A stretch of DNA of 64,000 nucleotides, taken from an uncultured Alphaproteobacteria bacterium. GTDB lineage: Bacteria > Pseudomonadota > Alphaproteobacteria > Rhizobiales > CAWCWK01. The stretch covers positions 1,475,592 through 1,539,591 of the forward strand of contig CAWJFE010000001.1 of NCBI GenBank assembly GCA_963842125.1, read 5' to 3'. How positions within the stretch are numbered: position 1 is the stretch's first letter; each line of letters starts with the position of its first letter. Made by a program: the position numbers and the translations under genes. Under the pieces are notes generated by a model, which made no database searches, was not told the origin of the DNA, and saw nothing but the letters and a program-made list of their open reading frames with translations. Shown here in pieces: positions 59,389-64,000 of the stretch.

Positions 59389-60083
59389 ACGGGCTGGCCG
59401 ACACCATCAAGAAGACGCTGCCGGCGATGCACCCGGCCGGCACGCCCTTCGTCCTCGTCTTCGCGGCCGTCACGGTCGTGCTCTTCCTCCTGTGGCAGCC
59501 GCTCGGTTGGCTCGGCGTGGCGCTCACGGTCTGGTGCTACACCTTCTTTCGCGATCCGAAGCGGGTCACGCGGCTCGACCCCGATCTCGTGATCGCAGGC
59601 GCGGACGGGCGGGTGTCCTGGGTCGGCTCGGCCATGCCGCCGCCCGAGCTCGGGCTCGGCGACGTGCCGCTGGTGCGGGTGTCGATCTTCATGTCGGTCT
59701 TCGACGTGCACATCAACCGCGCGCCCATCGCAGGCAAGATCGAGCGGATCGTCTATACGCCCGGCAAGTTCCTCAACGCCGAGCTCGACAAGGCATCGGA
59801 GCACAACGAGCGCAACGCCTTCATCGTCCGGTCGGGCGGGCGCACCTTCGCGCTCGTCCAGATCGCCGGCCTCGTGGCGCGCCGCATCCTGCCCTTCGTG
59901 CGGGAGGGCCAGGAGGTCGTCGCCGGAGAGCGGCTCGGTCTCATCCGCTTCGGCTCGCGCTTCGACATCTACCTGCCGGACGATATCGAGCCGCTCGTCG
60001 CCGAAGGGCAGCGCTGCGTGGCCGGCGAGACGGTGATCGCGCGGGCGGGCGAGGGCACGCGTCCGAAGTTCCGGACCGCCTGA
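59385..60083 (+). CDS. psd: Phosphatidylserine decarboxylase proenzyme (short type)
   Basis: ...MSVFDVHINRAPIAG...LIRFGSRFDIYLP (GS cleavage motif). ATGA overlap with the ABC gene. Confidence 0.9.
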   Translation: MNGLADTIKKTLPAMHPAGTPFVLVFAAVTVVLFLLWQPLGWLGVALTVWCYTFFRDPKRVTRLDPDLVIAGADGRVSWVGSAMPPPELGLGDVPLVRVSIFMSVFDVHINRAPIAGKIERIVYTPGKFLNAELDKASEHNERNAFIVRSGGRTFALVQIAGLVARRILPFVREGQEVVAGERLGLIRFGSRFDIYLPDDIEPLVAEGQRCVAGETVIARAGEGTRPKFRTA

Positions 60084-60084
60084 C

Positions 60085-60873
60085 GTGACGCTGGAACCCG
60101 CCCCGGAGAGCCGGCCGCGCCGCCTTTCCATCCGCACGCTTCTGCCGAGCATGGTCACGCTGCTCGCGCTCTGCATCGGCCTCACCGCCATCCGCTTCGG
60201 CGTCGAGGGGCGGTTCGACATGGCGGTCTATGCGATCGTCTTCGCCGCGATCCTGGATGCCGTGGACGGTCGCCTGGCCCGCGCGTTGAAATCGACGTCG
60301 AAGTTCGGCGCCGAGCTCGACAGCCTGGCCGACTTCGTCAACTTCATGGTCGTGCCGGCCGTGCTGCTCTTCATCTGGGTGCTGCACGAGTTGGGGAATA
60401 TCGGCTGGCTGGCCGCGCTTCTCTACGCCATCTGCGGCGCGCTGCGGCTCGCGCGGTTCAACGTCGCGCTCGATGTGGACAAGCCGGAATGGCAGGTCGA
60501 CTATTTCTCGGGCGTACCGGCGCCATCGGGCGCCTGTCTCGTGCTCTTCCCGCTCTACGTGAATCTGCTCGGATTCGAGGCGGCGCATTCGCCTTGGCTT
60601 GTTCTCGTCTTCACGCTCGTCGTCGGCGCGCTGATGGTCAGCAAGATTCCGACCTTCTCCATGAAGCGGGTCGGCCAGAGGGTCGATCGGGAAGCGGTCG
60701 TCTTGCTTCTTCTCGCGCTCGTCGCCTTTCTCGGGCTCCTCATCAGCTTCCCCTTCACGGTGCTGACGGTTTGCTCGCTGATCTACATCACCCTCGTTCC
60801 CATCGCCGCGCTGCGCTTCCGCAAGCGCGCGGCGCAGGATGGGTTGCCGGGCGGGCCGACCGCACCCAGCTAA
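60085..60873 (+). CDS. pssA: CDP-diacylglycerol--serine O-phosphatidyltransferase
   Basis: CDP-alcohol phosphatidyltransferase motif DAVDGRLARALKSTSKFGAELDSLAD. Confidence 0.9.
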   Translation: MTLEPAPESRPRRLSIRTLLPSMVTLLALCIGLTAIRFGVEGRFDMAVYAIVFAAILDAVDGRLARALKSTSKFGAELDSLADFVNFMVVPAVLLFIWVLHELGNIGWLAALLYAICGALRLARFNVALDVDKPEWQVDYFSGVPAPSGACLVLFPLYVNLLGFEAAHSPWLVLVFTLVVGALMVSKIPTFSMKRVGQRVDREAVVLLLLALVAFLGLLISFPFTVLTVCSLIYITLVPIAALRFRKRAAQDGLPGGPTAPS

Positions 60874-60918
60874 AGGGGATCGCACGGGGTGGGGCGCGTC
60901 AGACGAGATGCCGACATC

Positions 60919-62097
60919 ATGCTTCCACACCTCGCCCGCTGCCTCTTCCTATCCCTCTTCGTCACCTTGGCGCCGCTCGGCGTGATGGCCGAAGAGCGCC
61001 AGACCGCACTTCGCCAGCTCTTCGAAGCACCGGCGGCCGAAGCCGAGTGGTTCACCCAGGATTTTCTGAACGCCGTGCCGGCCGCGACGGTCGATCGGAT
61101 CGTCGCGGGTCTGCGCACGGACTTCGGCGACCTGCGCACCATCGCGCTCGATGGCGACGCCGGTACGCTCTCGCTCGAGCGGGCGGAGGTGCCGGTCAAC
61201 ATCACGCTCGATGCCGAGGGGCGGATCGCCGGCCTCTTCTTCGGCCCGCCCCGCGCGATGGAAACCGACCCTGCCCGGTTCGCCGACACGTTGAGGGCGG
61301 CGGCGCTTGGAGACGTCGCGCTCCTCGTTCGCGTCGGCGGTGTCGATCTCGTCGCCGAGAAGGCGGACGAGGCGTTGGCCGTCGGCTCGGCGTTCAAGCT
61401 CTTCGTCCTGCGGGCCTATGAGGATGCGATCGCGCGCGGCGACATCCAGCGCGCCGATGTCGTGATGCTGGAGGAAGCCGACGGCTCGCTGCCCTCCGGT
61501 ATCCTCCAGAACGCACCGGCGGGCCTGCCCGTCACGCTCGAGACGTTGGCGACGCTGATGATCCAGATCAGCGACAACACCGCCACCGACGCCCTCATCC
61601 GTGTCCTCGGGCGCGACACCATCGAGGCGATCTCACCGCGTAACGTCCCGTTTCTGACGACGGGTGAGGCGTTTCGGTTGAAGGCGAGGGCGGAGCGCTC
61701 GAATTTCGACGCCTTCGTCGGCGGCTCGGCCGAGGAACGCCGCGCCGTTCTCGACAACCTCATCGGAGCGCCGCTCCCCGCCATAGGCGATCTGCGGACC
61801 GAGACGACCTGGGAGGTCGAGTGGTTCGCGACCGCGCGCGAGCTTTGCGATCTCCTCGACACACTTGCCGACGCACCGGCCATGACGCTGCCGACGACGG
61901 CGCCCCTCAAGGCGGAAGACTGGGCGCAGGCCGCCTTCAAGGGCGGCTCGGAGCCCGGCGTTCTCAACCTGTCGGCCCGCGCCACCCGGCAGGACAGCAC
62001 GCCGGCTTGCGTCGTCTTCACGGCGAATGCCGACGAGGCGCAGCCCGACGAGCGGCTCGCCCTCCTCTTCGCCGCGCTCGCCAGCGCGCTTCGCTGA
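60919..62097 (+). CDS. Serine hydrolase, class A beta-lactamase-related
   Basis: Signal peptide, SxxK (GSAFKLF) and SDN (ISDNTATD). Start ATG 60919 or GTG 60889. Confidence 0.7.
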   Translation: MLPHLARCLFLSLFVTLAPLGVMAEERQTALRQLFEAPAAEAEWFTQDFLNAVPAATVDRIVAGLRTDFGDLRTIALDGDAGTLSLERAEVPVNITLDAEGRIAGLFFGPPRAMETDPARFADTLRAAALGDVALLVRVGGVDLVAEKADEALAVGSAFKLFVLRAYEDAIARGDIQRADVVMLEEADGSLPSGILQNAPAGLPVTLETLATLMIQISDNTATDALIRVLGRDTIEAISPRNVPFLTTGEAFRLKARAERSNFDAFVGGSAEERRAVLDNLIGAPLPAIGDLRTETTWEVEWFATARELCDLLDTLADAPAMTLPTTAPLKAEDWAQAAFKGGSEPGVLNLSARATRQDSTPACVVFTANADEAQPDERLALLFAALASALR

Positions 62098-62101
62098 GCG
62101 C

Positions 62102-64000
62102 CTACTCCGCCGCGTCGAGAACCGCGACGCGCGCCGGGCGCGGGGTTCCCATGGGCGGGAAGCTCGGCTCGGCCCGCTTCGGCCTGGTGATGTCCTTGTC
62201 GGCCGGGCGATGCGCGACGGCGTTGCCGGGGGTCGGCATCAGTTCGAGCTTCTCGGCCGCCGCCGGCTTGCGGCGGCGCACGAAGCTCCACACCCGGAGG
62301 ATGCGCGCCTTGTAGAGCGACGGCGCGACCAGCATCACCGGCACCACGACCAGCGTCAGGATGGTCGAGAAGCCGAGGCCGAAGATGATCGCGGTCGCGA
62401 GCTGCACCCACCATGTCGACGTTACGCCGCCGATGGTGATGGTCTGCGTGAAGACGTCCGGCGTGATCTGAAGCGCCATCGGCACCAGGCCGACGATCGT
62501 CGTGCCCGTCGTGAGGAGGATCGGGCGGATGCGCTGCCCGGCGGTCTTCAGCATGGCCTCGCGCGGCTCGATACCCTCGTCGCGCAGCTGGTTGAACGTG
62601 TCGATGAGGATGATCGCGTTGTTCACGACGATGCCCGCCAGCGCGATGACGCCCGTGCCGGTCATGATGATCGAGAACTTTTGGCCGGTCAGGTAGAGTC
62701 CCAGCAGCACGCCCATCACCGACATCACGACGGTGGAGAGCGTCACGAAGGCCTGCCAGAACGAGTTGAACTGCGTGACGAGGATGATGAACATCAAGAA
62801 GAGCGACGCGACCATGGCCTGCATGAGGAAGGCCTGGCTCTCGGCCTGATCCTCGTCGCCGCCGACGAAGCCGGCCGTGATGGTGGCCGGCAGGTTGCCC
62901 TCGTCGAGCCAGGCCTGGACCTCGGCGATCTTGTCGTTCTTGTCGACGCCGGTGATCGCGTTGGCCTTCACCGTCATCGCATAGCGCTGATCGATCCGGG
63001 TGATCGAGGAGACCTGGGGCTGCGCTTCCCGGGTGACGAAGTTGGCGATGGGCACGAGCCCGGAGGGCGTGCGGACCTTGAGCTGGTCGATCTGGTCGAT
63101 CGAGCGCTCCTCGACCGGCAGGCGCAGGCGAATGTCGACCTCGTCGTCGCTATCGTCGGGGCGATAGCTGCCCATAAGGACGCCGTTGGTCGCCAGCTGG
63201 ATCATCGAGCCGACGGTGACCGTGTCGGTGCCGTAGCGGCCCGCCTCGGCGCGGTCGACGTCGTACTGCCACTCGATGCCGGGGAGCGGGCGCGAATCCT
63301 CGATCTCCTGCAGCCCTTCGAGCGAGTTGATGAAGCGACGCGCGTCGGTCGTCGCGGTCCGGACCGCGTCGTAGTTGTTGCCCGTCAGCTGCAACTGGAC
63401 GTCCTTGCCCGTGGGCGGTCCGCCCTCGATCTGCTTGAGCTCGACCCGAATGCCGGCGATATCGGCGACGGAGGCGCGGATATCGGTGAAGATCTCCTCG
63501 GCGACGCGCCGGTCGTTGAAGTTCTCCAACTCGAGCGTGATCTGGCCGATCGTGTCGGCGGGCTTGTCCTGGCCGAGGCCGCCACCGCCGCCTCCGCCGC
63601 CGCCCTCGGTCTTCATCAGCACGTCCTCGACGCCATCGATGCGGAGGATCTCGTATTCGACCTCGGCAACGAGATCGCGCTTCTCGGTCGCCGAGAGGTT
63701 GCCGCGCGCCGAGATCTGCACGACGGCCTGCTCGGGCTCCTCGTCGACGAAGAATTGGACGCCGGCAGCGTTCGCGCCGAACTGCATCACGATGGCGTAG
63801 GCACCGAAGAGGGCAAGTGCGACGACGATGGCCGGCATGCCGATGAAGCCGTCGAGGAGGCGGATATAGCCGCCCGTCGCGCCCCTGAGATCGCGCGGGT
63901 CCATCTTGGAATCGCGGCCGAGCGCACGGGCTTCCTCGGAGACCTCGCCGGGCTTCACCCGCGGGCCGATGACGGCGCCGAGCGTGGGGAGGAAGATCAT
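62102..64000 (-). CDS. RND efflux transporter permease (AcrB/AcrD/AcrF family), C-terminal part; 5-prime end outside the window
   Basis: The ORF is open to the window edge. Periplasmic porter-like region plus the C-terminal TM bundle (...LVTQFNSFWQAFV..., ...GLVPMALQ...). Confidence 0.85.
   Translation of the reverse strand: MIFLPTLGAVIGPRVKPGEVSEEARALGRDSKMDPRDLRGATGGYIRLLDGFIGMPAIVVALALFGAYAIVMQFGANAAGVQFFVDEEPEQAVVQISARGNLSATEKRDLVAEVEYEILRIDGVEDVLMKTEGGGGGGGGGLGQDKPADTIGQITLELENFNDRRVAEEIFTDIRASVADIAGIRVELKQIEGGPPTGKDVQLQLTGNNYDAVRTATTDARRFINSLEGLQEIEDSRPLPGIEWQYDVDRAEAGRYGTDTVTVGSMIQLATNGVLMGSYRPDDSDDEVDIRLRLPVEERSIDQIDQLKVRTPSGLVPIANFVTREAQPQVSSITRIDQRYAMTVKANAITGVDKNDKIAEVQAWLDEGNLPATITAGFVGGDEDQAESQAFLMQAMVASLFLMFIILVTQFNSFWQAFVTLSTVVMSVMGVLLGLYLTGQKFSIIMTGTGVIALAGIVVNNAIILIDTFNQLRDEGIEPREAMLKTAGQRIRPILLTTGTTIVGLVPMALQITPDVFTQTITIGGVTSTWWVQLATAIIFGLGFSTILTLVVVPVMLVAPSLYKARILRVWSFVRRRKPAAAEKLELMPTPGNAVAHRPADKDITRPKRAEPSFPPMGTPRPARVAVLDAAE

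Noticed and set aside
63578-63604. Run of nine consecutive Gly codons (GGGGGGGGG) in the RND pump gene.
   Set aside because: The run is in frame, uses mixed GGC/GGA/GGT codons (not a slippery homopolymer) and sits in a periplasmic loop. It is most simply a low-complexity linker.

Overview
This is a high-G+C chromosomal segment (roughly 70 % by eye). Gene content and operon style are typical of an alphaproteobacterium of the Hyphomicrobiales/Rhizobiales type. I found no rRNA, tRNA, CRISPR array, transposase or integrase.

Most of the window is densely packed housekeeping and envelope genes:
- the end of an Mla/Pqi-type lipid-transport operon (MlaD-like protein with expanded tandem repeats, plus a PqiC-type lipoprotein);
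- a giant (about 2,670 codon) membrane-anchored coiled-coil protein resembling the growth-pole-ring protein GPR/RgsE;
- cspA, uvrB, a GGDEF-EAL protein, an endonuclease III-like gene and an aspartate aminotransferase;
- an apparently six-gene, translationally coupled opgC-opgG-opgH operon that also carries a secreted esterase and a ThDP enzyme;
- cysS, a cimA/leuA-type synthase, a LOG-family gene, an Atm1-type ABC exporter followed by psd-pssA, and the 3-prime part of an RND pump gene.

The outstanding feature is a ~1.7 kb AT-rich islet at about 25.5-27.2 kb.
- It carries a DarT/DarG (DNA ADP-ribosyltransferase / macrodomain glycohydrolase) toxin-antitoxin cassette joined directly to the 3-prime end of uvrB.
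- darG is split into five segments that alternate between two reading frames.
- darT hides a compensated frameshift across a conserved core motif.
- The uvrB tail itself shows a frame anomaly.

Other points worth a second look:
- an in-frame TGA at a conserved Trp position of a DUF1761 gene;
- several families of RIME/REP-like palindromic intergenic repeats;
- a 16-bp x4 tandem repeat just upstream of cysS;
- near-identical in-frame tandem repeats inside the two giant envelope proteins.

Many long ORFs in the supplied track are antisense shadows or upstream run-ons typical of high-GC DNA, and I did not call them. All family assignments come from motif recognition by eye. No database search was run.
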